22,055 bases of DNA from Candidatus Altiarchaeota archaeon. Lineage in GTDB: Archaea; Altiarchaeota; Altiarchaeia; IMC4; SCGC-AAA252-I15. The translations under genes and the position numbers were made by a program. The notes below the pieces were generated by a model, which was given only the letters and a program-made list of their open reading frames with translations, was not told where the DNA came from and ran no database searches. The stretch lies in NCBI GenBank assembly GCA_043804895.1, contig JAZDIN010000045.1, positions 1-22,055 of the forward strand, written 5' to 3'. How positions within the stretch are numbered: position 1 is the first letter of the stretch; every line of letters starts with the position of its first letter. Shown in pieces: positions 1-8,932 of the stretch.

Positions 1-2
1 TA

Positions 3-1127
3 TACGACCTAATCGTCAGGAGGTTCATGGCGACGTTCGGTAAGGACGCGGTCAGACAGACTGTAACAGTCAACCTTGAGAATAACAAGGAGCCGTTCAT
101 CGCCAAAGGGAACACGACTGTGGCGAAAGGCTGGCACGTGTACTACGGACCATATGCGAAGTTCGAGGAGACTGAACTGCCAGCCCTTGAGGAGGGCGAC
201 GTTGTTGAGGTGAAGGACGTCATAGTACACAAGAAGGAGACAAAACCTCCGAAGAGGTACACGCCCGCGTCAATCATCAGGGAGATGGAGAAGAGAAACC
301 TCGGCACTAAGGCGACACGCTCCCAGATAGTGGATATACTTTTCAGGAGAGGCTACGTCGACGGGAAATCGCTTGAGGTCACCCAGCTTGGCCTGAGCGT
401 CGTGGACGCACTCACAAAATACTGCCCAGCGGTGTTGAGCGAAGACCTCACAAGGAAGTTCGAGGACGAGATGGAGAACATCACCGAAGGCAAACTAACT
501 TCCGAGGCGGTTATAGAGGAGGGCAAGACCACCCTCGAAGCCATACTCACTGAGTTCAAAGCTAACGAGGCGAAGATAGGGCAGGCCCTTGTGAAGAGCA
601 TAGTCGACTCCAAACGGAAGAAGATGGGAGTCGGCAAATGCCCGAAATGCGGAAGCGAACTTGTGATAAGGGCTTCGAAGCTTGGAAACCAGTTCGTGGG
701 TTGCAGCAACTACCCGAAGTGCACGCATACGTGGCCGCTACCGAAGGACGCGTTCAAGAAGATTGGAGAGTGCAAGGAATGCGGGTACGCTGTCCTGACG
801 TCTAATTCAAGGGGTAAGAGGAAGTACAACATCTGCGTGAACCCTGAATGCCCAAGCAAAAAACACTCCAAGATTGCGGGGGACATAGGGAAATGCCCTA
901 AATGCGGAAGCGAACTCACTGTCCGAACCTCAAGGTATGGGGGCCAGTTCGTAGGGTGCACAGGATACCCTAAGTGCACGAACCTGTGGCCGCTGCCGAA
1001 GGACACATTCGAGAAGATTGGACAATGTAAGGAATGCGGCTACGCCGTGATAACTGTGAGCCCAGAAGGTAAAGGAAAATATGATGTTTGCGTTAACCCG
1101 GAGTGTCCGACTAGAAAGAAGATTTGA
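3..1127 (+). CDS. topA: DNA topoisomerase IA (5'-truncated by window), C-terminal zinc-ribbon repeats
   Basis: Frame is open from base 3 (YDLIVRRFMATF). Contains TKPPKRYTPASIIREMEKRNLGTKATRSQIV and LSEDLTRKFEDEME motifs, then CPKCG...FVGCSNYPKC topoisomerase zinc ribbons. Confidence 0.95.
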   Translation, partial: YDLIVRRFMATFGKDAVRQTVTVNLENNKEPFIAKGNTTVAKGWHVYYGPYAKFEETELPALEEGDVVEVKDVIVHKKETKPPKRYTPASIIREMEKRNLGTKATRSQIVDILFRRGYVDGKSLEVTQLGLSVVDALTKYCPAVLSEDLTRKFEDEMENITEGKLTSEAVIEEGKTTLEAILTEFKANEAKIGQALVKSIVDSKRKKMGVGKCPKCGSELVIRASKLGNQFVGCSNYPKCTHTWPLPKDAFKKIGECKECGYAVLTSNSRGKRKYNICVNPECPSKKHSKIAGDIGKCPKCGSELTVRTSRYGGQFVGCTGYPKCTNLWPLPKDTFEKIGQCKECGYAVITVSPEGKGKYDVCVNPECPTRKKI

Positions 1128-1325
1128 TCAGGTGCTGGCAGGCTCGGCAAGCTCTAGAACGCCGCTCTTGCTCCGGTATATGATGCCACGCTCCTGCAGC
1201 ACTTTCAAGGACACGGATATGTCCTTCTTGTCTATGCCGCGCCAGCTGAGCTCCTCCTCAAGGTAGGTTATCTTCGCTGCCTTCAGCTCAGTGAGCAATT
1301 CGCAGATTAAGAGTTTACAATCCAT
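1128..1325 (-). CDS. Small hypothetical protein, possibly winged helix-turn-helix
   Basis: ORF abuts the topA stop. Pattern ...LEEELSWRGIDKKDISVSLKVLQERGIIYRSKSGVLEL resembles a wHTH. Start placed at MDCKLL; the ORF track start is 1355. Confidence 0.6.
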   Translation of the reverse strand: MDCKLLICELLTELKAAKITYLEEELSWRGIDKKDISVSLKVLQERGIIYRSKSGVLELAEPAST

Positions 1326-1402
1326 CCAACCACCGGAACATAGTATGGGCAACACTCATATAAAAAGACAAGGTAAATAAGAAAGCTTTTATATAACTTA
1401 CG

Positions 1403-2419
1403 ATGCGCCATTACGACCTGTGGCTCGACAGGTATGCGATGAGGAGAACCCAGATACTGACGACATGGTCCGGACTCGCAAAGACCGTCTGCGAACTGCG
1501 CTCCAGAATACCAGATGATAGGCTTTTCACCGAACTCAAGGACGCAGGCGAAGTCGGATACCGGATGGGTTTCGTAGACGGCGGCGAAGGGCTGAAGGAG
1601 CTCCTGGGTTTGGGGGTTTACTTCATAAGGGCCTCCGGCCTCCTCATGTCGAAGGAGGGGGACGGTGAACTTTTCATCCGCGACCTGGACATAAACGTGA
1701 TAGACTACGACGACCACACAAAGGAGAGAGTGGAGCTCCTGCGGGAGGGTATGGAATTCGACGTCGCCTTAAGGTGCGTGAAGGAGCACAAGCCCCAGAT
1801 GCTGTTTTTGGACGGCTCCCTTTACGTGAAGGCGAGGCGGAAGCCAGTTGAGTGCGTTGAATACGACCTTTACAGGAAAAAGTATGGCAGGCTGCTGCGC
1901 TCATGCAAGAAGGAGAGGGTTAGGCTGATAGGAGTCTCAGAGGACACGAGAAGCAGGCTCCTCTCAAGCCACCTGGGAAAGGAGTACGGGATAAAACTCC
2001 CCAGGTACATGACAGACTCCACAATACTGAGGATACTCTCCAAAGGCGGCCCCTACAGGAGCGTAGAGTTTGTGCCAAGACAAAGGTTGGAGACTGAAGG
2101 CCGCATCGAAGACGGCATCGTGTCTGAGTTCAAGACAGCCTACCTTCAGCCCACAGAATTGGCTAATCCGCTGCGCGTTGACGCACCCGACTGGGAGGAC
2201 GACTTCAGCGAAGCCATATCGGTGATATCGTCGTTGTGCAAGGGCTCAGGCCAGTACGGGTACCCGCTGCCGCTGTACATAGCCCACATGGACGCGAGGA
2301 TACCTGAAAGCCAGATGGAGTGGACCGCGAGGCAGATAGTCAATTATGTATCAAAAAGAGACAGCGTGCTCGGCAGCGCGGTGTTGAAGGCGACGAGAAG
2401 GGGTATGAGGCCCAAATAG
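1403..2419 (+). CDS. nurA: NurA-family 5'-3' nuclease
   Basis: Motifs GFVDGG, MLFLDGSLY, IGVSEDTRS, LRVD and GYPLPLYIAHMDARI are typical of NurA. TATA-like TTTTATATAA lies ~15 nt upstream of the ATG. Confidence 0.88.
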   Translation: MRHYDLWLDRYAMRRTQILTTWSGLAKTVCELRSRIPDDRLFTELKDAGEVGYRMGFVDGGEGLKELLGLGVYFIRASGLLMSKEGDGELFIRDLDINVIDYDDHTKERVELLREGMEFDVALRCVKEHKPQMLFLDGSLYVKARRKPVECVEYDLYRKKYGRLLRSCKKERVRLIGVSEDTRSRLLSSHLGKEYGIKLPRYMTDSTILRILSKGGPYRSVEFVPRQRLETEGRIEDGIVSEFKTAYLQPTELANPLRVDAPDWEDDFSEAISVISSLCKGSGQYGYPLPLYIAHMDARIPESQMEWTARQIVNYVSKRDSVLGSAVLKATRRGMRPK

Positions 2420-2421
2420 TT

Positions 2422-3066
2422 TCATTCGAACCTTGGCTTGTCCAGGTCTCCGCTTTGGCTGTATCCCCTCCTCTCCCAGTAGCCCTTGTACTTTGGGTCG
2501 TTTGAGAGTTCGATTTCAGTCACCCATTTTATCCACTTGTAGCCCCACTTGTCCTCTGCCACAAGCTGGAACGGGAAGCCGCGCTCCGGCGGGAGGGTGA
2601 CGTTGTTCATCTTGTATGCGAGGAGTATGCTGTGGTCAAGGACGTAAGAGAGTGGGAACGACGTCGTGTACCCGTCATACGCGTGGAAGATTATAGTGTT
2701 CGCCTCAGGTTTCACATTAGCTTCGCTGATGAGGTCCCTTACGAAGACGCCCTCCCAACGCAGCGTGACATCCCACCCTTCGACGCAGTATAGTGTCACG
2801 ACCTTAGAGTACCTCTGGTGCGAGAGCACTTCATCGTATGTGTACGACTTCGGGGAGTCAACGAGGCCGGTGACTTTAAGGCTATAGCCAGACGCATTCA
2901 CGTACTGCGGGCCTTTAATGGAGTTCTCACGGAAGTCGTAGACTGAGGACAGGTCCTTACCCTCGTAGTGCCTAACTTCCACAGACCCAAGCTCGACCAC
3001 ACCACCAGGCTGAGGCTGAATGCAACCCAACGTCAACAGAACAAGAAGAACAGCCATAATCCCCAT
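2422..3066 (-). CDS. Molybdopterin-dependent oxidoreductase (sulfite oxidase/MsrP-like), lipoprotein-type signal
   Basis: LKVTGLV, YCVEGW (Mo-ligand Cys), DGYTTSFPL, LPPERGFPFQLVAEDKWGYKWIKWVTEIEL, GYWERRGY. N-terminus has a hydrophobic stretch ending LTLGC. Confidence 0.9.
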   Translation of the reverse strand: MGIMAVLLVLLTLGCIQPQPGGVVELGSVEVRHYEGKDLSSVYDFRENSIKGPQYVNASGYSLKVTGLVDSPKSYTYDEVLSHQRYSKVVTLYCVEGWDVTLRWEGVFVRDLISEANVKPEANTIIFHAYDGYTTSFPLSYVLDHSILLAYKMNNVTLPPERGFPFQLVAEDKWGYKWIKWVTEIELSNDPKYKGYWERRGYSQSGDLDKPRFE

Positions 3067-3148
3067 AGTATCGCATAAGAAGCCAACAGATAAAAGACAG
3101 GCAGTAACCTAGATGAAACTGGAGATATTATGACCTAATCTATTTGAC

Positions 3149-4168
3149 CTAACCCTCGCCGCCTGCCAACATATCCTCAAGAAACTTTTGCATGTAGAAC
3201 CTGTTGTGCGGGTCAACGAGGTAAACTGCCTGGAGGCCGATGATGTGTTTTTTGAAGTCTTTCTCTGATTTCCCGTACTTCTTCGCAATCTTGGCCAAGT
3301 TTCCTCTGGCCGCTGGCGACAGCCTCGTTAGTGATTCATCCAGCTGCTCTGCCATGTGGGTTATGCCCTCCAGCCGATTGACGTCCGGGCAGTTCTCAAG
3401 GACCGTGAAGAGATTAGATACCGGGATGTGATTGTTCAGCCGTACTGAAGCCTTGACTATGCGGTCTGCGATGGGATTCAACATGCTTCTGAGGCTTTCA
3501 GGCTGTTCGGAACGCAATGGATGGGCTGGAGTCTCCGCGAGGCGAGCTATCTCAAAGTCGACTATCTTGTCCTTAGTATCTTCTAAGCCGCATAATCCTG
3601 TCACTATCTCAAACTTGAACTCCATCATATGCCGCATCAAAACCGTCTCCTCATGGGCGAGTATTTCCGCCTTAGGTTGGATGCTTTTCTGGGACACCAC
3701 ATCTTTAGTCTGCTTCGGCTTCATGTACGCAACCGCCACCGCACCCAACACTTCCCTGCCTAACTCGGGCCTCGTTTCCCCCAGATTTTTAAGAAAATAG
3801 TCCAGGTTCTGGAGGCGTTCGAAGTCGTAGCATGACAGTAGAACATCACGCAGGTCCTTGGATGGGATCTTCTCAGCCAGCCGGGATGAGACGTCCAGTA
3901 TGCGTCCCGCTGATTGCCGGAGGTACTCGTCGTTGACTTCGGGCTTGAGTGAGTTGTAGAATGAGCCGTGGTTTCTCTTGAATTGGGTTACAATCCAATC
4001 GGCCGCCTCTGGGGGGGCCTTTGGTTGGGGAGTCCTCTGACTGAGGAGTTCGGCAAGGTATGACATGAGGTAACAGTCAGCTGAGACTTGGGGTGTGTAC
4101 TGAAGGGGTGTGATATCTTCTATTGGGCTCCCATCCTTCACGCCAATCTTCGCAATCTTCCTGAACAT
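3149..4168 (-). CDS. Hypothetical protein with internal two-fold repeat
   Basis: 339-aa ORF filling the gap between genes. No family recognised. A repeated A.RI...S.RL...IP...L..VL..C.D..RL unit is visible. Confidence 0.75.
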   Translation of the reverse strand: MFRKIAKIGVKDGSPIEDITPLQYTPQVSADCYLMSYLAELLSQRTPQPKAPPEAADWIVTQFKRNHGSFYNSLKPEVNDEYLRQSAGRILDVSSRLAEKIPSKDLRDVLLSCYDFERLQNLDYFLKNLGETRPELGREVLGAVAVAYMKPKQTKDVVSQKSIQPKAEILAHEETVLMRHMMEFKFEIVTGLCGLEDTKDKIVDFEIARLAETPAHPLRSEQPESLRSMLNPIADRIVKASVRLNNHIPVSNLFTVLENCPDVNRLEGITHMAEQLDESLTRLSPAARGNLAKIAKKYGKSEKDFKKHIIGLQAVYLVDPHNRFYMQKFLEDMLAGGEG

Positions 4169-4193
4169 GATAAAAAACAGGAAGGATACGCTA

Positions 4194-4886
4194 TTATACT
4201 CTCCCGACAGGGTAGATGTATAGTGGTTCCTCGTCTTTTGACACGCTGAGTAGGTCCCTCACCTGGTCCGGGTTGAATGCTCCGACTGCGACTGTGCCTA
4301 GGCCGATTGCTTCGGCTTGTAGGTAGATGTTCTGGCCTGCGTGGCCTGCTTCCATGTGGACGTACATTACTCCGCGGTTGCCGTATCTACTCGTCGTCCG
4401 GTTGTAGTTAGCTGTGAGGATTATCGTGGCTGGGGCATCTTTTATCATGCTCTGGCCGAGTGCGGCGTCTGCGAGTTCGCCTCTGAGGTCTCCTGAGACT
4501 ATTTGTGTGATAGCGTGCTCCTTGGGCAGGTAATGGTATACCCCTGGTTTGAGGCCGTCGACGTTGCCGACGACTGCGTATGCTTCAAGCGGGTATGTGG
4601 CTCCTGCCGACGGCGCAGTCCTCCCACCCCATTCTGCTGTGAGGCCTTGGGCAGACCAAAGGAGCTGCGATATCTCTTTCAGCGTCAGCGGCTGGTTCTT
4701 GTACTGCCGTATTGAGCGGCGTTTGTTCAGTGCTTCCTCCACTGACAATGTGCCTTTTGTTTCGGGTTTTGGGAGTTTCACCAAGCTAGAGTTAGGCACT
4801 ACAACCGCCTCGTCAACGTGACCTGACAACGACGCCAACGCTATGACCGCAAAGGCCGCCAAAGCGATGATCAGCCGCCAGTCCAC
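4194..4886 (-). CDS. SagB/ThcOx-family nitroreductase-like dehydrogenase with N-terminal hydrophobic anchor
   Basis: RRSIRQY, LSQLLWSAQG-like EISQLLWSAQG, RTAPSAGATYPLE, EAGHAGQNIYLQAEAIGLGTVAVGAF. Confidence 0.92.
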   Translation of the reverse strand: MDWRLIIALAAFAVIALASLSGHVDEAVVVPNSSLVKLPKPETKGTLSVEEALNKRRSIRQYKNQPLTLKEISQLLWSAQGLTAEWGGRTAPSAGATYPLEAYAVVGNVDGLKPGVYHYLPKEHAITQIVSGDLRGELADAALGQSMIKDAPATIILTANYNRTTSRYGNRGVMYVHMEAGHAGQNIYLQAEAIGLGTVAVGAFNPDQVRDLLSVSKDEEPLYIYPVGRV

Positions 4887-4916
4887 CTTAAATACCTATT
4901 AGATTAGTTTAATAAT

Positions 4917-5534
4917 ATGAGGTATGCGGCCTCCGTGTTCTGCGTCTGCATCCTATGCGGCTGCATTCAAGGGGGAGGCGACGCCAGCACAGCACCCAAA
5001 TTGGAGGGGGTGAGAGAGATGAAAGTTCTTTTTGTAGTGGCTCAGAAGGATTTCAGGGATGAAGAATATCTTACGCCGAAAGGAATCCTCGAGAGGGCCC
5101 ACGTCGCAGTCAGGACAGCAAGCCCTGACGGTGGAGTGTGCGAAGGCATGCTCGGGGCGAAAGTTAAGGCTGATATGAAAATCAGCGATGCAAACTACAG
5201 GGACTACGATGCCATCGTCGTGGTCGGAGGGGCTGGAAGCCCCAAATACCTCTGGGGGGACAGCAGACTCCAGAGCATTCTGAAGTCAGCCTATGATGAC
5301 GGTAAGGTCGTGGCAGGGATATGCCTCTCCGGCGCCGTACTGGCGAAGGCCGGAGTGCTTGAAGGCAAGAGGGCGACAGTGTTCGAGACCCCTGAGACTC
5401 TGAAGGCCCTCCGAGAGGGGGGAGCAGAGTATGTCGGTGGAGATTTGGTTGTTGATGGTAAGGTTATAACGGCCTCCGGCCCGCAGGCTGTTGACCGGTT
5501 CGGCCAGAACATATTAAATATGTTGGAACAGTAA
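4917..5534 (+). CDS. DJ-1/PfpI family protein (possible lipoprotein signal)
   Basis: DFRDEEY, YDAIVVVGGAG, AGICLS (nucleophile-elbow Cys), VVDGKVITASGP. N-terminal ILCGC. Alternative start at MKVLFVV. Confidence 0.92.
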   Translation: MRYAASVFCVCILCGCIQGGGDASTAPKLEGVREMKVLFVVAQKDFRDEEYLTPKGILERAHVAVRTASPDGGVCEGMLGAKVKADMKISDANYRDYDAIVVVGGAGSPKYLWGDSRLQSILKSAYDDGKVVAGICLSGAVLAKAGVLEGKRATVFETPETLKALREGGAEYVGGDLVVDGKVITASGPQAVDRFGQNILNMLEQ

Positions 5535-5571
5535 CTGTTTTTAAGTGCGAATATCTAATGTATGTCAGATT

Positions 5572-6156
5572 ATGGGCAAGATGGAAATTTTGTTGGTTGG
5601 AGTTTTGGTCGTCTTAGCGTTGCTCATAGGTATGCTGTTCGGAGGCTCAAGCATATGGTTCCTCAAGCCCACGGGGGAGGGGGGAGTCACAGAGAAGGTA
5701 GTCAATAAATACGTGTGCTCTGACGGGAGCGTAAAGGACAACCAGAACAAATGCCCGAAGACTGTGACAGGCGCGGACGGCAAGATGGAAGTGGTATGCC
5801 CACCATGCAAAACAAGCGACACCACATCACCCTTACGCAAATGTGACTGCGTGCAGTGCGAATCCCAATGCGGCGTAGCATACACGCCGACAACCACTAC
5901 ACTTTACATTCCACCGTGCACTGTCTGCACGTCTAACGCTGAGTGCGGTCAGCCAAGCTACAGCGAAATACGGTGCAAGAACGACGATACATACAAGATG
6001 TACCTTGAGCCGTACTGTGCTGACGAGGACGGTAAGAAATGCTGCAAGACAACAGAGACCGTTAAGGATTTAACCCCATGCCCGCAAGACCAGCGGTGCG
6101 TGAAAGGACAAGGCTGCGAGATAAGAGAACAGGCCCCTGAAGAGGAGACCGCATAG
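5572..6156 (+). CDS. Membrane-anchored cysteine-rich hypothetical protein
   Basis: N-terminal TM segment (ILLVGVLVVLALLIGMLFG), YVCSDGS motif, many Cys and a PTTTT linker. Start placed at ATG 5572. Confidence 0.8.
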   Translation: MGKMEILLVGVLVVLALLIGMLFGGSSIWFLKPTGEGGVTEKVVNKYVCSDGSVKDNQNKCPKTVTGADGKMEVVCPPCKTSDTTSPLRKCDCVQCESQCGVAYTPTTTTLYIPPCTVCTSNAECGQPSYSEIRCKNDDTYKMYLEPYCADEDGKKCCKTTETVKDLTPCPQDQRCVKGQGCEIREQAPEEETA

Positions 6157-6157
6157 G

Positions 6158-6985
6158 TTATTCTCTGTTTTTTTGAACAGTCAGTTTTCCGACCGTTAAC
6201 ATGAGTTCCTTGATTTCAACCTCATTACACCCTGTAGTCTCAGCAATCACCTTCGGCTCCATCCTGGCAAGGTCTCCTGCGGTTATTATGCCCTGCTGAG
6301 ATAGCTTAAACCGCGCATCATCGCTCAGGTGAGGCATGATGGTTATGGGGTAAAGGCACTTCGAATCTATAAGGTCCTGGAGGCTCTCCCCGTGCGGGTA
6401 ACCCCATGAGGTGACGCGGACGTTCTTGCACTTGCAGTACTTTAACGCATCCTCGGAGCATTTCGTGTTAGAGACAACCCACGCACTCTTGAAATTGTTC
6501 CCGCCATCAACCAAATCCTCAAACCGCGCGAACGTGTATAAAGCCTCCTTGAGGCCAGTGTAGTATCCAGGCTGGTTGTGGTACTTGCACTCCACCATGT
6601 ACCTGCCTGCCGAATCCTCGACTATCAGGTCAACCTCGTGGGTGACGCACATCCCGTTCAGCTTCTGGTTCAATTTCACACTGAACCCGTGGGCTTCAAG
6701 AACCTTCGCGATGTACTTCTCGAACGGGAATCCACTCGGCCCCAGGCGCATGATAGCGTCCTTGAGGCTGAATCGCACCGCAGAGTCGAAGTCATGCTTG
6801 TGCAAGAGCTGGAAGGCTATATGGTATATCTCACCGGTTGTTATGCCATCATACGCCTTAGTCTCAACCTCGGCGACTATCCCATCAGCCAGCTCCTTCT
6901 TGGCCCCGGACCGGATTAACGCGTAGGAGACCTTCCTAGCGTCGAAATCCTCGAACTCCCCTGAATGCTTCCTTACCTGGACCAT
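6158..6985 (-). CDS. ATP-cone domain + Mrr-like PD-(D/E)xK restriction endonuclease domain protein
   Basis: MVQVRKHSGEFEDFDARK...YDGITTGEI (ATP cone), LGPSGFPFEKYI, HEVDLIV...VECKYH. The true start is likely ATG 6985, because the longer ORF overlaps the DUF1003 gene. Confidence 0.88.
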   Translation of the reverse strand: MVQVRKHSGEFEDFDARKVSYALIRSGAKKELADGIVAEVETKAYDGITTGEIYHIAFQLLHKHDFDSAVRFSLKDAIMRLGPSGFPFEKYIAKVLEAHGFSVKLNQKLNGMCVTHEVDLIVEDSAGRYMVECKYHNQPGYYTGLKEALYTFARFEDLVDGGNNFKSAWVVSNTKCSEDALKYCKCKNVRVTSWGYPHGESLQDLIDSKCLYPITIMPHLSDDARFKLSQQGIITAGDLARMEPKVIAETTGCNEVEIKELMLTVGKLTVQKNRE

Positions 6986-7042
6986 CAGATTAAGAATAGG
7001 CTGGAGGGCATTTAAAAACCATGAACCTTGTAATAGATAACA

Positions 7043-7732
7043 GTGAAGAACAACAACGTCTGCTGCCTGTGCCATACGGAACATCCTCATAGTAAGCTGA
7101 CTGTCGGTGAAATCCTGAGGCCGAAGGTGTTTGACTTCATACACAAGCAGCATCCTGATTTCACGCACGAGAAGATGATTTGTACCGTCTGCCTGAACGA
7201 TAAGAGGTCTGAGTACATACTCAGCCTCCTCGGGGAAGACAACAGGAAGATATCCCACCTCGAGCATGAGGTGGCCAGGAGCATAAAGGAGAATGAGATG
7301 CTCTCCGCGAACATCATGGAGGAGTACGACGAGAAGCTGACATTGGGAGAGCGGCTGTCTGACAGGATAGCTACATTCGGAGGCAGCTGGACATTCATAA
7401 CAATATTCGCGCTCTTGATCTCCGCCTGGATTATCGTGAACGTCTACCTCATACAGAAGCCTGTCGACCCGTTCCCGTTCATACTCCTCAACCTCATGCT
7501 CTCATGCCTTGCGGCAGTCCAGGCCCCCGTCCTCATGATGAGCCAGAACAGGCAGGAGGCCCGAGACAGGATGAGGTCGAAACACGACTACCAGATTAAC
7601 CTCAAGGCCGAATTGGAGATACAGCACCTGAACGAGAAGCTCGACCTCCTCCTCAAGCACCAGTGGCAGAACCTCATCCAGATACAGCAGATACAGACGG
7701 ACATACTAGGGGAGATCAGGGAGAGGAGGTAA
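7043..7732 (+). CDS. DUF1003 membrane protein
   Basis: TLGERLSDRIATFGGSWTFI, DPFPFILLNLMLSCLAAVQAPVLMMSQNRQEARDR...DYQINLKAELEI. N-terminal CxxC...CxxC. Confidence 0.93.
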   Translation: MKNNNVCCLCHTEHPHSKLTVGEILRPKVFDFIHKQHPDFTHEKMICTVCLNDKRSEYILSLLGEDNRKISHLEHEVARSIKENEMLSANIMEEYDEKLTLGERLSDRIATFGGSWTFITIFALLISAWIIVNVYLIQKPVDPFPFILLNLMLSCLAAVQAPVLMMSQNRQEARDRMRSKHDYQINLKAELEIQHLNEKLDLLLKHQWQNLIQIQQIQTDILGEIRERR

Positions 7733-7740
7733 CACACCCA

Positions 7741-8775
7741 CTATTTTAATATAGTGAATGTACCGAATTTCTGGTTTTTGCGGTGGGAGTCAGAGCCCGC
7801 AGTCACTAGAAGCCCGTCTGTTCTAGATGCTTCAGCTATTTCGTCAGCTTCTCTCAGTGGGTGCGAGGGATGGTATGCTTCCACGCCGTCAACGCCGAGT
7901 TTTTTCAGTTTAAGAAGTAGGGTTGGCCATTCCTCCTTGCCGAGTTTTTCCCTCATGTGAGGGTGCGCTAGAATCACAAGGCCCCCTGCAGCATGTATGA
8001 CGTCGATGAACTCTACGATGTCGGGTTTGTTTACGCTGAAGTCGCCATACGTATTCCTCAACCATTTCACGATGTCATGCTGGATATCATGGCCGGTTTT
8101 GCGCCTCATCTTCCCATTGTGGTTTTTCATTTCGTACATGCTAATCCCGAGATAATCTTCTACACGGTTATCGTTTTCAGGGTGGTCCCAGATGTCCTTC
8201 GCAAGCACCTGGTAAATGTTCCTCTTAATCGAAAGGCTCTTAAAAAGGTCTGGCGAGAAGCAGAAATCTTCCTTCTCAAGCTGGCCCTTTATGTAGAGCG
8301 CCTTATCTATGTCCTTTTCTCTCCCGCTTGAATAGTCTTCGACAAACTTCCTTAACTGGGGATTCTCAGTATCCACTGCGACACCCAACATATGCATCTT
8401 GGTCATCTCAGTGATGCCCGTATGGTCGAAACGCACGGAAACCTCGATGCCAGCTATAATGTTAGCCTCATCCTTAGGCCCCAGCACCCTCTTCAGCTTT
8501 TCGAGCTCGTTGATAGCTAGGATAGCACCATATATGGTGTAGTGGTCTGTGACGATGACTTTGTATTTACCCTTGTAAACCTCAAGTGCCAGCTCCTCAG
8601 GGCTTCGTTCACCATCTGAAGCAGTCGTGTGAATCTGCCCGTCATACTTACCTCCTTTGAGGCGAATCCGTTGAGATTCAATGTGGGATATGGGGTCATC
8701 ACCGCTTTTTTCAATGACATCAATCACCCTTTCAGGAACGTAATCCAACCACTTACTTCGCCCCTTATAAGCCAT
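7741..8775 (-). CDS. PHP-domain metal-dependent phosphoesterase
   Basis: QIHTTASDG, TDH, GIEVS, HMLG, LAHP, GVEAYHP and GSDSH motifs. Start placed at MAYKG. Confidence 0.88.
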   Translation of the reverse strand: MAYKGRSKWLDYVPERVIDVIEKSGDDPISHIESQRIRLKGGKYDGQIHTTASDGERSPEELALEVYKGKYKVIVTDHYTIYGAILAINELEKLKRVLGPKDEANIIAGIEVSVRFDHTGITEMTKMHMLGVAVDTENPQLRKFVEDYSSGREKDIDKALYIKGQLEKEDFCFSPDLFKSLSIKRNIYQVLAKDIWDHPENDNRVEDYLGISMYEMKNHNGKMRRKTGHDIQHDIVKWLRNTYGDFSVNKPDIVEFIDVIHAAGGLVILAHPHMREKLGKEEWPTLLLKLKKLGVDGVEAYHPSHPLREADEIAEASRTDGLLVTAGSDSHRKNQKFGTFTILK

Positions 8776-8932
8776 ATATACATTAGTGTAGGACGAGTAA
8801 ATAACGTTATTCGCCGAATTCCTCAGCCCGAAACGTCTTCGCGGTCGGGTGTTGCGTCTATGCCAACGAACTCTAATTCTGGGAATCAACTGAGTCTATC
8901 ACTTTTAAAGGCTAGTATGTAATTTAGAACGG

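Noticed and set aside
6986-7267. N-terminal extension of the 369-aa ORF
   Set aside because: It overlaps the DUF1003 gene on the opposite strand, and the ATP-cone domain begins at the Met at 6985.
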